From Nemertoderma westbladi (taxonomy: Eukaryota > Animalia > Xenacoelomorpha), in NCBI GenBank assembly GCA_032718475.1, contig JAUCBJ010006289.1, positions 1-64,000 on the forward strand: 64,000 bases of DNA, read 5' to 3'. Under the pieces are notes generated by a model. It was not told the DNA's origin. It made no database searches and saw nothing but the letters and a program-made list of their open reading frames with translations. Position 1 is the stretch's first letter; every line of letters starts with the position of its first letter. Made by a program: the position numbers and the translations under genes. Positions 41,801 through 53,822 of the stretch are shown here, in pieces.

Positions 41801-42017
41801 CAGCGCGGAGCGGCGGTCCGGTACGACCGGAACGGGTGTCGAATCCGCTGGCGGGAAACACGCTCACCTGGGCGCCGGTGTCCACGAGGAAGTGGTGGCC
41901 GGAGTTTCGGTCCCAGAGGTAGAGGAGGTTGTCCCGCTGGTGGTAGCGACCAGTCGACGCAGCGGCTAGCGTCGGCTGGTCGGAGCGTTTCCCAGGAAGC
42001 TGCACGGCAACCGGCAC
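38826..42017 (-). CDS. pol: Pol polyprotein (PR-RT-RNase H-IN), probably expressed by -1 frameshift
   Basis: LVDTGA; RPCGDYR; YLDD; TDASD; TDHKPL; HHCC zinc finger; DLVGP, SDRG, ERFH; GPY module. Confidence 0.95.
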   Translation of the reverse strand: MPVAVQLPGKRSDQPTLAAASTGRYHQRDNLLYLWDRNSGHHFLVDTGAQVSVFPASGFDTRSGRTGPPLRAVNGSPIRSYGTRGVPLRFNGRQFNWDFVIADVPQPLLGADFLCDHALMVDVKGQQLIDMETFQPIPLRCSSSTIPGTHPQLASTAVDRVYADLLAEFSSITTPTFSDSSTRHGVEHYIPTAGRPIHARARRLPPDKLEIARAEFSKMEEMGIIRRSNSPWSSPLHMVPKPAGGWRPCGDYRLLNDATTPDRYPVLHIQDFSARLAGATIFSKVDLVRGYHQIPVAPGDVPKTAVITPFGLFEFVRMPFGLKNAAQAFQRLMDSVCAGLDFLFAYLDDILIASATPEEYLVHLRQLFQRLQDNGLVVNLAKCEFGVAEIQFLGHIVNESGVHPLPDKVEAVRSFPRPTTTKGLREFIGMVTFYHRFIPAAAATMQPLYATVATKVKDVDWTPKLNAAFESSKRALADATMLVHPRHDTPTSITTDASDSAVGAALEQWSDGKWRPLAFFSRQLRPPERKYSAYDRELLGLYLAVRHFRYFLEGRPFVAYTDHKPLTHAFAKVTDPWSPRQQRHLAYISEFTTNVRHVDGKDNQVADALSRSFVGHLSTQLGVDYTAMAAAQREDNELQTLRRNPGSLDLRDVTFMEKDVTLLCDVSTGQPRPLVPSSWRRRVFDVVHSLSHPSIRSTRKLISERFVWHGLAKQVTAWAKACVACQTSKVQRHTKAPLETFTVPRRRFDHVNVDLVGPLPPSQGFTYLFTIVDRTTRWPEAIPLADSTTETCARALVAHWIARFGVPAELSSDRGAQFTSELWSEVNRLLGTKLHRTMSYHPQANGLVERFHRSLKASLRARLTGPNWVDELPWALLGNRTAPKEDLNCSSAELVYGSPLTVPGDFVASPTNPPESTAFLQDLHKHARQFVPTPTSRHGKPGSSVPPQLSTSEYVFVRTDAHCGPLQRPYTGPYKVAERGPKTFIVEVGGRRETISVDRLKPAHLAIDQPVAVAVPPRRGRPSTASTTPAEPSTPSPHLAETPSELPVTTRSGREIRQPKYFF

Positions 42018-42688
42018 TGCTTGGCGGCACTACCAAACTGGGCGTGGTAGTAGCACAACCCGTCGGTGTCGGGTCGAGCAGTAGGCCTACCGGATGAGTT
42101 TGTGGTCGCCTTCGTGGGTTGCGGCGCGGAGGAGTTCTTCGTCGGTAGTGAGTTCGTCACCCGGTTTAATCCGGCTGGTTGGGAGACTCCCTGCTGTTTG
42201 GCCAGCCACAGAACGTCGGCGGTGGCAGCCAGGGCGTGGGGATCCGCGAAAGAGTTGTTGGAGACCTGGAGCTGGATGTCCTCGGGGAGCTGCTCCAGAA
42301 AGAGCTGCTCGAACAGCAGACACGGAGTATGGCCGGCGAGGAGCCCCAACATCTCGTCCATCAACTGGGACGGCTTGCGGTCGCCCAGCCCGCGCATCCG
42401 CAGCAGCTTCGCGGCGCGCTCGCGTCGACTCAAGGCGAAAGTTCCGAGGAGTCGAGCCTTGAGGGATTCGTATTTCCCTTCGGAAGGCGGGGCGGTGAGG
42501 ATGTCCAGTAGACGGGCGGCGGTGGGTTGATCCAGAGCGGCGACAACGTAGAAGTATTTAGTCGTGTCGTCGACGATCCTCCGGATGCTAAACTGGGCCT
42601 CCACCTGGGCAAACCATACCGACGGGTTTTCGGCCCAGAAGTGTGGCAGTTTAACTCCAACCGCGTTGACATTTGCCTCGTTAGCCAT
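41966..42688 (-). CDS. gag: Gag (CsRn1-type, CHCC knuckle)
   Basis: VKLPHFW...WFAQVEAQF; [10 protein letters not shown]; [15 protein letters not shown]. Confidence 0.92.
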   Translation of the reverse strand: MANEANVNAVGVKLPHFWAENPSVWFAQVEAQFSIRRIVDDTTKYFYVVAALDQPTAARLLDILTAPPSEGKYESLKARLLGTFALSRRERAAKLLRMRGLGDRKPSQLMDEMLGLLAGHTPCLLFEQLFLEQLPEDIQLQVSNNSFADPHALAATADVLWLAKQQGVSQPAGLNRVTNSLPTKNSSAPQPTKATTNSSGRPTARPDTDGLCYYHAQFGSAAKQCRLPCSFLGNAPTSRR

Positions 42689-42748
42689 TATGTATACCTA
42701 AACAGATGTTATTGACGCAAACCCGTTTGCGTCAGTCTGGGTCACCAA

Positions 42749-42863
42749 TGTAGTGAGCGCGATTCTCGCATTAGCGCGACTCACATCATTTCAAAGTAAT
42801 ATATTACAGTCAGGAACATGTACTATGTTGACACCAGGAGGTTCGATATCTGTTACCGCTACA
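42749..42863 (-). repeat. 5' LTR (115 bp)
   Basis: Identical to 38690-38804; followed on the minus strand by the PBS. Confidence 0.95.
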
Positions 42864-43250
42864 GGACGACATAAATAAATTAAGTGGGACAATAATAATT
42901 CAAGAGCGATATAATAATTCAAGGGCGAGATAATTAAATCAAGTGCGGCATAATATATTCAAAATCGACATTAATAAATCAAGACCGACATATAAATAAA
43001 TCAAGAGGGACATGAATAAGTTCAAGACCGATGTAAATAAATTAAAGACCGACATAATTAATCAAGAATAAAAATACCAGGTCCATAGGTGCCACATCAA
43101 AATTTGGCCCCCAACACAAATTTTTTTGAAATTTTAGAATTTTACAAGGTCAGTTGTGAGGTCGTAATTATTTATGTTGTGGCTGTTTTTTTATTGATTT
43201 TGATTGGTATGGAGCCTTCTACTACTCTATATATGTGTGTAAGTGTAGTG

Positions 43251-44312
43251 GTAGGGGAAGCGGGGGCATTAAGGGACACACTTTAGTGATTTCCGTTATA
43301 AGTTATCCTGTAGGCCTTTCATTTCAACTTTAATGGTATGGAAGGCTTAGCGGGGTGTTTTTTTAAGTTTTCAGTGTCCCCTAATGCCCACTTATATAGT
43401 TAATGATATACAATATTTTTTAAAAATCTTATCCTCGTCCGGATTAATACCCACCCACTATTTATTTTTAAAAAATTCACCTTTGACCCAAAATTGACAA
43501 ATTTATGGGACATAAAAGAATAGCACATTATACACAGTTATAAATTGTATAATTCAGTAATTACTAAAGTATCTATAGGCCTATGGCTATACCAACATTG
43601 ATACATCAGTCTGTAAGTATATACATATAACGGGACATTATAAATTGAAGCCGCTTCTCTGAGAGTGAGAGTTGGATTCGATTTATAGGCTTTTAGCGCG
43701 TCGACTAGCTGTGGGTTTATACGCTCCTTGACTCTCTTCCCTTTAGAACAACCACGAGACTTCCCAACTTTGTAACGCTTAACCATGGTCAATCTAGATA
43801 CCGGTATGTCTTGGCGAATAAGCTAATAAGCCTAGCTAAAGTGAGTACTGGAGTATGTGTTTCTGAATAAAGGTTTAAGTGACAGTGCCATTGACCCTTA
43901 ATGCCCACAAAATGCGAAAAAATACTCAATAGTTAAAAAGCCATTTCAACATGAAATTATATTTAAAATTTTTAAAAACAATAAAAAATAGGCTATTTTA
44001 ATGTTGTTTCCACAAAATGAAACCAAGATTGACCTATTTAGTGATGGTTAGGCTGTGTGGCCGGGGCCAAAACTATTGACTCCAAAGTTTTAGGGAAACT
44101 TTATTGTATCAATTACAAAAGTAGTTTTAGATATTGAAATTTAGTTGCATAATTGAAAACAGTAATATATTGATTATGTAGTATTTGGATAGGGCTCTAA
44201 TCTGTAGCCAATTTGAATTAAAAAAAATTATTTTTATTTCAAGGGACAGGGCCATGAAAACAAAATTTTGTCCCTTAATGCCCTCTGTCCCTTAATGAAC
44301 CCCTTCCCCTAC
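43251..44312 (-). mobile_element. Non-autonomous pogo/Tigger-like element with HTH_psq remnant
   Basis: TIRs GTAGGGGAAG..GGCATTAAGGGACA and its inverse; ORF 43538-43792 has AL......TLREAASIYNVP (pipsqueak HTH). Confidence 0.75.
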
Positions 44313-45020
44313 TTCAAATTTTCAAAATTGCAATATTCTGTAAATACTCTAAAGTGTTGATTTCAACACATGGGTTTTTTGGACCGCTGCATCTATTTGA
44401 AATTAATATAGAAGCATCAAATATAGTGGCGTGGCACTTCAAAATTTCAAAATACAATATTCGGAAACTACCACAAAGTTTTCATTTAAACCCATTTTTA
44501 TATGTTTTCTGGACCGTAGAATCGATTGAAAGTAATATAGAAGCCCTAGGAGTACGTCATTTTTGGTTCACCAAAATTAGGGCATGGCACTTCACAAATT
44601 TTCAAAATTACGATATTCAGAGAATACACCAAAGTTATGATTTCATTGTATTTTTATAGGTTTTCTGGAGCGCTAAATCGATTGAAAGTACAGTAATATT
44701 GAATCATCAAGTCTTACGGCTTTGCACTTTTTCAAAATTTGAAGTGCCGCTAATCCTAATTTTGGTTCACCAAAAATGACAAACCACTACGTCTTTATAC
44801 TTTCAATTGATTCAGCAGTTCAGAAACTTATAAAAATGCGTTGAAATCTCAACTTTGGTGTTTTTTCCGAATCTCGTATTTTTCAAAATTTGAAGTGCCA
44901 CGCCCTAATTTTGGTGCTCAAAAAATGACAAACCACTAAGTCTTCAGGCTTCTTTCTATATTACTTTCAATCGATTCAGAAGTCCAGAAAACCCATAAAA
45001 AGGCGTTGAAATGGGGGCAT
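44313..45020. repeat. Internally repetitive and palindromic non-autonomous element interior
   Basis: Units such as CCAAAATTAGGGCATGGCACTTC occur in both orientations; similar in style to 31900-32450. Confidence 0.6.
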
Positions 45021-46494
45021 TTTCCCTTGGATGTTTTTTTATTTTTTGTAACCTTTGACTTCGAGGTTCTCGAACAAGACTGCAGCAACGGAGACTGTAC
45101 TGGAGGTATTTGACTTTCTGTTGCAGATATATTTCTTAACAGATTGGTAGGCATTTGTTTTTTTTTCGCTTTCAAGTGTGCTAGCCATTGCATCGTGATA
45201 CTTATTATAGTTTATTACAGGTTATACTCAGTTGTTTATTTGAACCTCAGAAATTTGGGACCTGGATGTAATGCTGTTTTATAATTTGGGCATGAACATG
45301 TTGAAGGCTCTTATGCTGGATCGAGAGTACAATTTTCGATGTGGCTGTCCCCGCCATCTGTCTTTATCCAAATATACACCAGATTATTGTATTGAAACAA
45401 GTTAACTTATCAATTGTCGGCACTAGTAAAGCAAAAGATAGATTTTTTATAATATAAATTTTGGGCTAGAGTTCCGTATAGCACTACATTTTTAAAACTG
45501 ATGTCATTGTTACTATAAATATAGAACCATATAAAAGTATTATATATTATTCTTCGAACATAAATAATAATTAAAAAATAATGTTCTAGAAAATATAGCT
45601 AGTTTTTTTTATTTTTAAATAGCTAGTAAATTTTAAAAAATATTCAGTTTGGTAGATAAATTTTTTAATAAAAAATAATATAAATAAATATAATTTTTTG
45701 TATTACTAGATATTTTAAATTTGAAAAATAGCTAGCTTTATGTTCTAGAACATTATATATTTTATATTATTTATGATTTAGAATAGTGTATAATACATAA
45801 TAGTCAAGTAGACAGTGGCAACCACCGTTCAAATTGGGAATGACTGCAGTTTTTTTTGCTGAAAATGTTAACTTGTATAAACCATTTGAAATTATGTTAT
45901 ATTTCACATAGTCCGCATTGAGCAATTTTTTCTAGAACACTATTTATCTTAAAAAAAAAAAAAAAACATTAATTTAATTAATTAATTATTATTATTAATT
46001 AATTAACCATTATTTAATGTCCGAGTTCGCTCGACCTAGTAGTAGTAGTATTTATCTTAACGACAGATGTTTTACATAGCAACAATAATGAAATAACATG
46101 CAAGGGTATATTTATCTATTTAGACACTGGTCGGTCAATCATAAATAAGGAGAATCTAAGCTCGAGAAAATAAAAACTTAAGGAATAAGTATTATGTTTG
46201 AAGTTAGGAGTTACAAATTTTTCAACATTGCAGTGTTATGGCAAACACAGTTACAGGCAGTGAACTTGTAATACATACAAGGCTCGGTCGGTGTGCAATT
46301 TGGAGCTCATCACTGTGGCCAAGTAATTCACAGACATACCTCTCTCTCAGGAATACAAGCTGTCAGCTCGCTAACTCTCTCTAGACATGTATCCTCAAGA
46401 ACTGGTGGAAATATGTTAATTCGAATGTGGACTTTGTGGTCGATGCATTTATGGACAGAATGGCGCAGGTTTATCCTTAACGAAGTAGCAGTGG

Positions 46495-47360
46495 TTACCC
46501 AAACTGAGATGTGGGGCGAGCCACGAAGTGAGTGAGCCTTAGCGTAGTGGTACCATTAATCAACCTGTCGTTCTGTCGTTCTGTCGTTCTGTCGTTCTGT
46601 CGTGTTCAATTTTAAACGTTAATAACTCGGCTAATCTTTGATGAAATCTATCCAAACTTGGTACACATGTTGTTTGGCAAAAGTTTAGAAATTTTCCAAG
46701 TAGAATTTCCGTGTGGCCTTCGAGAAGCTAAGATAATAGCAGTTAATTAGTTAATTAAGTTATTACGGTAAAAACACCATTTTCAACCTGCCTTTTAAAG
46801 GAAATTAATTGTTTTACAGTAAAAGATTTAAATAATTATAATTAAAAATTATACAGATGTAATCCCCATACGCCATTCTATTATAGTTTTTAATTAGTTC
46901 AAGTGATTTGCTTTAATAATTGTGTCTTTGATAATTAATTTAATTGAATTTTTGCAAAGTAGTAAAATTAATGTTCTTAAAAATAATATTATTATTTTAT
47001 ATGTAACCTAGGAAATTAGCTACATTTTTTCGCTGCAGCTTTAAGAGTGTACATTAATTTAATATTATTTCAATACCCATATTACTACATCGGCATAAGA
47101 TGCGTTGGCGTTGTATCACCCATCTCCACATATCACACATATCCACATAGATGTATCAACAGTTACTCGCACAGTTTCGAAACTTCGCATATAGTTATAA
47201 CTGTATAAAGATCGTCAGTCTGCGTTTAGGAAAAATATTTTATAACAAAACAGGACAAGCGACGAGCGCAACGAGGCATATAATGAAGACGAGTACTGCG
47301 TTGACTAAATTATTATATAAACCACCTGGCTTCACATATTGATCGCATCCCTAGTTATTA
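46495..47360 (+). mobile_element. HINE/DINE-1-like (Helentron-associated) non-autonomous element
   Basis: 5' block followed by a (CTGTCGTT)n microsatellite at 46565-46603 and an AAACTTGGTACAC core; boundaries approximate. Confidence 0.5.
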
Positions 47361-50049
47361 TTATTATAAAGAACGTCCTAGCCTGCGTTTAAGAAATATA
47401 TTTAAATACAAAACAGGACGAACGCAACGAGGCTTATACTGAATACGAGTACTGCGTTTATTATATTCCTATAAACCATCTGGCTTTGCATATTGAACGT
47501 GCGATTGGAAATAAGTTCGTGCTACCCTTCCGTGGGTGGTAGATGTCGCGGTTATGTATTGGTGGTTGGGAAGGGTGGGGGGGGGGGGGGGGGAGAGATT
47601 AAAAGGGGTAAACACGTACTGTCCCCCTTTCTTTGATTGATTGGTGGTGTGGGTAAATTTCTCAAAACCTGATTTTGTGATACAGTCGCTCAATTTTAAT
47701 TTGTATCTCATAACTGGGCCTCGTGCTGCGCGAAGGCCCCACGAACGTGTTATTTCTGTAAGGTGATGTTCGGTATTACCAGTGGACCGTGAAATGAAAG
47801 GTGAAGGAATGTCGATGAAACAACTTCTGCATTTGCAGTAATTACTCATAGTTAATGTTGGATAATATATTTATTTACACGTTATCACAGTCCTTGTTCG
47901 CACACTTGTAATAAAAATCAAGCCCAATTTAATGTAATAAAGCCCAATTTATAAATTGCTGCCACATCCAACCAAAGTTTGTAGGCTATAGTGGCGGATG
48001 CCGGCTACATACAGCCGCTCTCCAGAATAATACTTACGAGCTCGCTCTTCTTATATTCTTGACTGCTGCAGTATCCGTTAAATGTAAACTTCATATCTGA
48101 AATAAATAATACTTCCATTATATTTTGTGCAAGATATTTCGCAATGCTAGGTTACCTTTGCAGAAATTAAAAGTTCGAATAAAAAGTTCTAGGAATTAGA
48201 ATAATATTATGAATATCCAGTCGGTCGAAGACGAACTGAAGGCATCTCTTCGAAAATAGGGAGGGACTTTAGTCGCAATCAAAATTCATCCCTCTCCAGG
48301 GAAAATCGACGCAAATAACAGCTGGTTACTCTCAAAAGTAAAACTGTTACCTGTTCTATTGACTTTCGTTTATTGTTTTGGTTAGAATAATGTGCCACTG
48401 TAACATTCTTCTTTCACTAAATTGGTAATTTTTATATTGAGACAACATATTAATTCGCTGAGATGGGATTTACATCCCATTTGTTTCCCCCTCTCCTGTC
48501 TCCCTCTTCAATAGCTGCTACCCGACGGTAGGACTGGTGCTACTCCTATCCCAAGGTTTGCTCCCAGTAATTCAACAGGTACTCATTTTATCGACCCCTG
48601 TGGATGAAAGAAGGTAGAGAAGAATGAGAACCAACCTGTTGAAACTTAGAAAGACACTAAAGATTTCTACAAAGAACGCCCGCACTCTAAAACTGCTTAG
48701 TAAACATTATTATAGCTCTGGCAATGGAATATAATATCGACATCATTTGTATTCAAGAATATCACATTTGTCATGAGACATTGCCATCAAGTATAATGAA
48801 TGACATTTGAAATGAAAGGTCCTAATTGGTTCGGATTACAGAATCGTGACTGCGGAGATCAGACTCAGTTTGAGAGCCAGCAAACCCAGGACAAGCAAGC
48901 GAATCAACAATCAACTATGCCTGGGAGAAACTCAGAACTGACAATAATGTAGTAAAGGAAGCTTACACAGTAGAAGTTCAAAACCGCAAGAGAGAAGCTC
49001 TTAAGATACTCCAAAGTAAAACAGAACAACCAACAGCCGAAAACATCAACAAGGTTGAGAAAGCTATACAGCTTGGGCAGCCAGAACCCCGCCCCATTAC
49101 TAACTGCAGTATTACAGTAATAGTTTATTACAGTAGTAGTATTAGCAGTTGTAGTAGTAGTACTAACAGCAGTATTATGATATAAGTGCGCTATGATTCC
49201 ATTTGCCACTACACTTTTTAAACATTATTCATTGTTACTATGGCAACAATAATAGTTATAGAACACCATATAAATGTTATTTAACTATTCTAGAACATAA
49301 ATAAAATGAAAAATATTATGTTCTAGAACGTGTACCTAGTTATTTTTTAATTTTAAATTAGCTATTAATTTTAAAAAAATTCAGATTTCAACTAAATTGT
49401 TTCAACTAAATTGTCTAAAAAATTTTATTGGATGGAGACGTTTTTAAATTCTTCGTATCGCGGCAATCTTGTTTCGCAAATGGCAAAAGTCCTTTCTCAT
49501 ATTGCTATCGCTGCATTTTATCACGGGTTTCCAACTTTTGGATCTATTGCCTTACATAAGGCGGTAGATCCAGATAAGGCAATCTTTCTCAAAACTAAAT
49601 GTCACTATTAATCACAATTTTTTTAATTATGTTAGCCAATGCACTCATCTCCTCCAACTCTCTTTATGGCCCTTTTCATTGCCTAAATGTAGCCTATTAC
49701 TGCAATGTTTTGAAATATGTGTTGCATTAAACATAATATTCTAGAATGTGTAATGTTGTTGCTAACACATTCCGTAAGCCAGGGTTACTTTGAACGATTT
49801 CAGCCTATTGCATTGTCTGGAATCGAATAGTCTGAATGTACTGATAAGTTTGCAAATGCAATAGAACATTTCACTATTAGGCTATAGGTACCTCATATAA
49901 CCTTTGGGTTATTGGGTACCTAGAGCCTTTTTTTTATAACTCAAAGTTTGTTCAAAGTACCCCATCTTTTGGGGTTACTTTGAACAGTAATAGTATTGAA
50001 TGTATGTTCAATATTAAACAAACACAGTGGTTACATGAACATATTTATA

Positions 50050-50800
50050 TGTTTTAAAAAATAATTGAGGGGTTTACACCCCTCAAAGAAATCAATAGTC
50101 ACTGTCCTCAATGTCCTCATCAGCCCAGTTATCACTATCAATGGCCTCATCAGTCCAGTCATCACTACCAATGGCCCCATTGGTGTCCTCATCACTCCCA
50201 CTACTGGCCTCACCAGTTCCATCAACAGCTTCATCAGTCATCTCATCATAAAATTCATCATTATTTGAGTCTTCTTTAGTGGTACTCTTTCCTTCACCTT
50301 TGCTGGCTTGTGTCCTATGTTGTGCCCTCTTCCTCTTATTCTTACCAGCTTGTTCGTGTTCAGGTTGAGGACTAGACTGCTGTAAATCGCTGATTTGTAC
50401 AGCTTTTCTGTGTATCACCTTTCTTCCCCGACGTTTTCGCACCTGACCCTCACCCTGTCCACGATTCTTTCTAAGTATGTCGATCACCGTCTCATTGAGT
50501 ATGTCCACATTAGCTGCCTCTGGTCTGGTTTTGTCAGGGATACGTTTCAAAACTTGGGATCGATCAATAGGTGATAATCCAGTTGCCTTAAATCCACCAA
50601 TATTGCTACCATTAACTTCTATGGCGTTTATGAGCCTCTTCAATAGCCCAGGGAATTGTGGATTAGGTACTGTTCCCTTTGAACGACATTCCGTTCTTCA
50701 CTTCATCAAGATGGCCCGTCAGTGTACTTTCAATGGGCGAAAAAAAGCTACATCCAGTGGCTGCATTATGTGTATGCAGTTTGGCACAATTGGTATTATC
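50050..50800 (-). pseudogene. pogo-type DDE_1 transposase C-terminal fragment
   Basis: HIMQPLDVAFFRPLK, FPGLLK, GFKATG..P motifs and an acidic tail. Confidence 0.75.
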
Positions 50801-51564
50801 TTAATGTTAGGCTCTCTTATAGTTTGCCGTGCCACCTATATATACAACATAATTCTATTTAGATTGTAATATACTCTACGAACAATTACATTTTGTTACG
50901 TTTAACTTTTTTATACTAGCTAGTTTTTGTTTCTTTTTTTTAAATGTTCTAGAACTAGCACTAGCTAATTTGTTAATTATTTTAATTTTTTATTGTATGT
51001 TATCTTTGTATAATTTTTACTAGAATATTTTTACTAGAAAGGCATTTCCTAAAGGAAATGCAACCACGAAGCTAAGGAAAATTAAACACACTTTGACTCA
51101 TCAGTTCATTGGTTTACCTAGTTAAGTCATAGGTCTTAATTAAACTCCAATCACCATGGCAACTGGAGTTTTCTAGAACTGCTTGGTTTTACATTAAGAT
51201 CCAGTTTGTAGTTCCGTGACACAAATTGACTTCGAGGAAGTTTCATTGAGTAGCTGATGTCCAAAATTAAAGATGTATTTTTGTTAAAACATCAGTTTGC
51301 AGTGGTTGTCTTGGAAACTGATGAATATAACAACGTTAATTGGATGCAGAATAAGTGATATAGTGGGGGTAGGGGTTGGTCCCAAGTCGTAATATCTTAA
51401 TGTTATGGTTTAAATAATCATTTTATAAATTTGAACATCTGTTTAGCCTGGTTGCCCTGGTAACTAAATTTTCTAATTGACCTCAATAAGTGAAACTATT
51501 GTCCTTATCATTGAGTTGAAAAATTTAAAGTTTCGATCTAATGTAAAATTCAAACGTCGAATTC

Positions 51565-51792
51565 ATGTTTCTGCACATATTATTGGGAACATACTTACCG
51601 TGTTCTGCGCCTAATGTTGGAAACATACTTACCGTGTTCTGCGCCTATTGTTGGAAACATACTTACTGTGTTCTGCGCCTATTGTTGAGAACATACTTAC
51701 CGTATTCTGCACATATTATTGGGAACATACTTACCGTGTTCTGGTCTATTATTGAGAACATATTTACCGTGTCCTGTGCCTATTATTGAGAA
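51565..51792. repeat. 34-bp minisatellite (AACATACTTACCGTGTTCTGCGCCTATTGTTGGA), ~6.5 copies
   Basis: Head-to-tail units without unique spacers. Confidence 0.9.
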
Positions 51793-52898
51793 ATGAGATT
51801 GATTCAAACACATGAAAAATTACATTCAAGGAACAGCTATTTACATTGCTTCAAACACATGTAAAATTACATACAACATCTATTTACATAGCTTCAAACA
51901 CTTAAATTAAGAATGTTTAGTAGCGAAAAATGCAATTGATTTGTAAATAAATAGAACGAAGTTTTAACTTCAATTAATAACAAAAAGCACAAATATGTGA
52001 ATATTACATTCGGGAACAGTTTGGACCCATTCTAACTATACACCAGGACCCGTAATATAGTGTCATTTTCTGATGACACGGACCCCCCCCCCCCCCCCCC
52101 CCCCCCCCGTTTTTTTATACAAATCTTTATCATATTGTTTGAAATTTGAAACGCAACTAGTTCAACTCACCGTGGTTGTTACCATGAAGCCGGAATTTTC
52201 AATTTCGCCTTTAAATTTTATTTATAAGCGTTTTAAAAAACATGATAATATTCATTTACAAATTGGTCAAAAAGTGGGCACCCAGGACACACTAATGCCT
52301 ATATAATAATGGTGGTTAATATATAAATGACCCAAATCTAAATTACCATGAATATAATGCAAGGAGCAAGCTAAATTCAAAATTGCAATGTAAAACAAAC
52401 TAGCTTTAATTCAAACAATAGTGTTCAACAATGTTTATATTAGTTGTCATGGAAACGCATTAAGCTCCTTTAGGAAATTTGCTTTGTCATACTGTATACT
52501 AAATAACTTGCTCCACTTACAGGACCGTTTTAGAATATATTTTAAGGGGGTTGGGTGGAGGGAGAAGTAGATAATGAATGTGATGTACTCAAGGACAACT
52601 CTACTACTACTAATTCTAGTAGAGTTTTCCTTGGATGTACTACTAATGAATGTTTATTTCTGGACCATTTCACAATAAGTTCTATCATATGTTTCAACAC
52701 ATGCAGTGTCCCTGAAACTTTCCTTGTTTACCGGTAGATTAAGTGAATATTAATGATTTTTATATTAAAACAACTGTTTGAAGCGGTTGTCATGGAAACA
52801 GAAAAATTGAAAAATTTAATTAGGATGCAGAATAAGTGCTATTGCGGGGTAGGCGATGCTCCTATAGAATAAGTCATAATATATTTTATAATTTAATT

Positions 52899-52952
52899 AG
52901 TGTTTCGTCCGGCATCAGGACTCATCAGCAGTACTGCCATGTACTGGACACC
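52899..52952 (-). ncRNA. Type III hammerhead ribozyme
   Basis: Minus strand GGTG-TC / CAGTAC-ATGGCA-GTACTG / CTGATGA / GTCC-TGATGCC-GGAC / GAAA-CACT. Full consensus core, GUC cleavage triplet, three paired stems. Confidence 0.9.
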
Positions 52953-53186
52953 TGGGATAGCAAAGGGCGCCCTGCTTCTGCTAGCGGACTACAGTACGTA
53001 GGGTAGGTAGGATGCGGCTACGTCCAAAATGAGGGAACATACAGCCAAAGGTTAGAAAACCAAAGGGTTCGTGTCAAGTAGTCGAAATTCACATAAGTTA
53101 GCATATAGCTTTCACATGTCCATATAATGCTATGTTTATAAAATGCTTTCCGTTCACATTGGAAGGGGAGGGGGCCAAGTCTTTGT

Positions 53187-53655
53187 TCTTCAGTCTTCAT
53201 TCTTCATTCTTCAGTCTCCGTTCTTCATTCTTCGTTCTTCACTCCTCATTAATCAGTCTTCGTTCTTCAGTCCTCATTCTTCAGTCTTCGTTCTGCAGTC
53301 TTCATTCTTCAGTCTTCATTCTTCAGTCCTCATTCTTCAGTCTTCGTTCTGCAGTCTTCATTCTGCAGTCTTCGTTATTCAGTCCTCATTCTTCAGTCTT
53401 AGTTCTGGAGTCTTCGTTCTTCAGTCTTCGTTCTTCAGTCCTCATTCTTCAGACTTCATTCTGCAGTCTTCGTTCTTCAGTCTTCGTTCTTCAGTCCTCA
53501 TTCTTCAGTCTTCGTTCTTCAGTCCTCATTTGTCAGTCTTCGTTCTTCAGTCTTCGTTCTTCAGTCTTCGTTCTTCAGTCCTCATTCTACAGTCTTCGTT
53601 CTTCAGTCTCCATTCTTCGTTCTTCACTCCTCATACTTCAGTCTTCAGTCTTCAG
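53187..53655. repeat. ~14-bp degenerate minisatellite (CTTCAGTCTTCGTT)
   Basis: About 30 tandem units seen directly. Confidence 0.92.
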
Positions 53656-53657
53656 AC

Positions 53658-53822
53658 AAACGTTGTAGGGGTTGTTGACCGAGCAACTGACGTTGTAGGG
53701 GTAGCAGACCGAGCAACCAATGTTGTAGGGGCACTGACTGAGTGACCAATGGTGTAGGGGTCGTTGACCAAGTGAACGACGTTGTAGCGGTCACCGACCA
53801 AGCACCGACATTGTAGTTGTCA
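53658..53822. repeat. ~30-bp tandem repeat (ACGTTGTAGGGGT..GACCGAGCAAC), ~5 copies
   Basis: Seen directly. Confidence 0.8.

Larger units (their letters stand above)
38690..42863 (-). mobile_element. Intact Ty3/gypsy LTR retrotransposon, CsRn1-like clade
   Basis: Identical 115-bp TG...CA LTRs; PBS TGGTGACCC (tRNA-Trp type); PPT next to the 3' LTR; 4-bp flanks GGGC/GGAC; intact gag and pol. Confidence 0.95.
37585..43103. mobile_element. Foldback-like element with long modular inverted repeats; right arm interrupted by the gypsy insertion
   Basis: 37590-38090 is the reverse complement of 38270-38689 plus 42864-43100; arms are built partly from ~20-22-bp subrepeats (TCTTGATTTATT...). Confidence 0.8.

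Noticed and set aside
39089-42715. Many overlapping and antisense ORFs, including a 438-aa + strand ORF
   Set aside because: Shadow frames of GC-rich gag-pol with few stop codons; no domains recognised.
51565-51792. 34-bp repeats as a CRISPR array or U1 snRNA copies (ATACTTACC)
   Set aside because: Units are contiguous with no unique spacers, there are no cas genes and the context is eukaryotic; the U1 match is only 9 nt.
53132-53745. 178-aa and 200-aa ORFs rich in SSF/LQS
   Set aside because: Translations of the 14-bp minisatellite.
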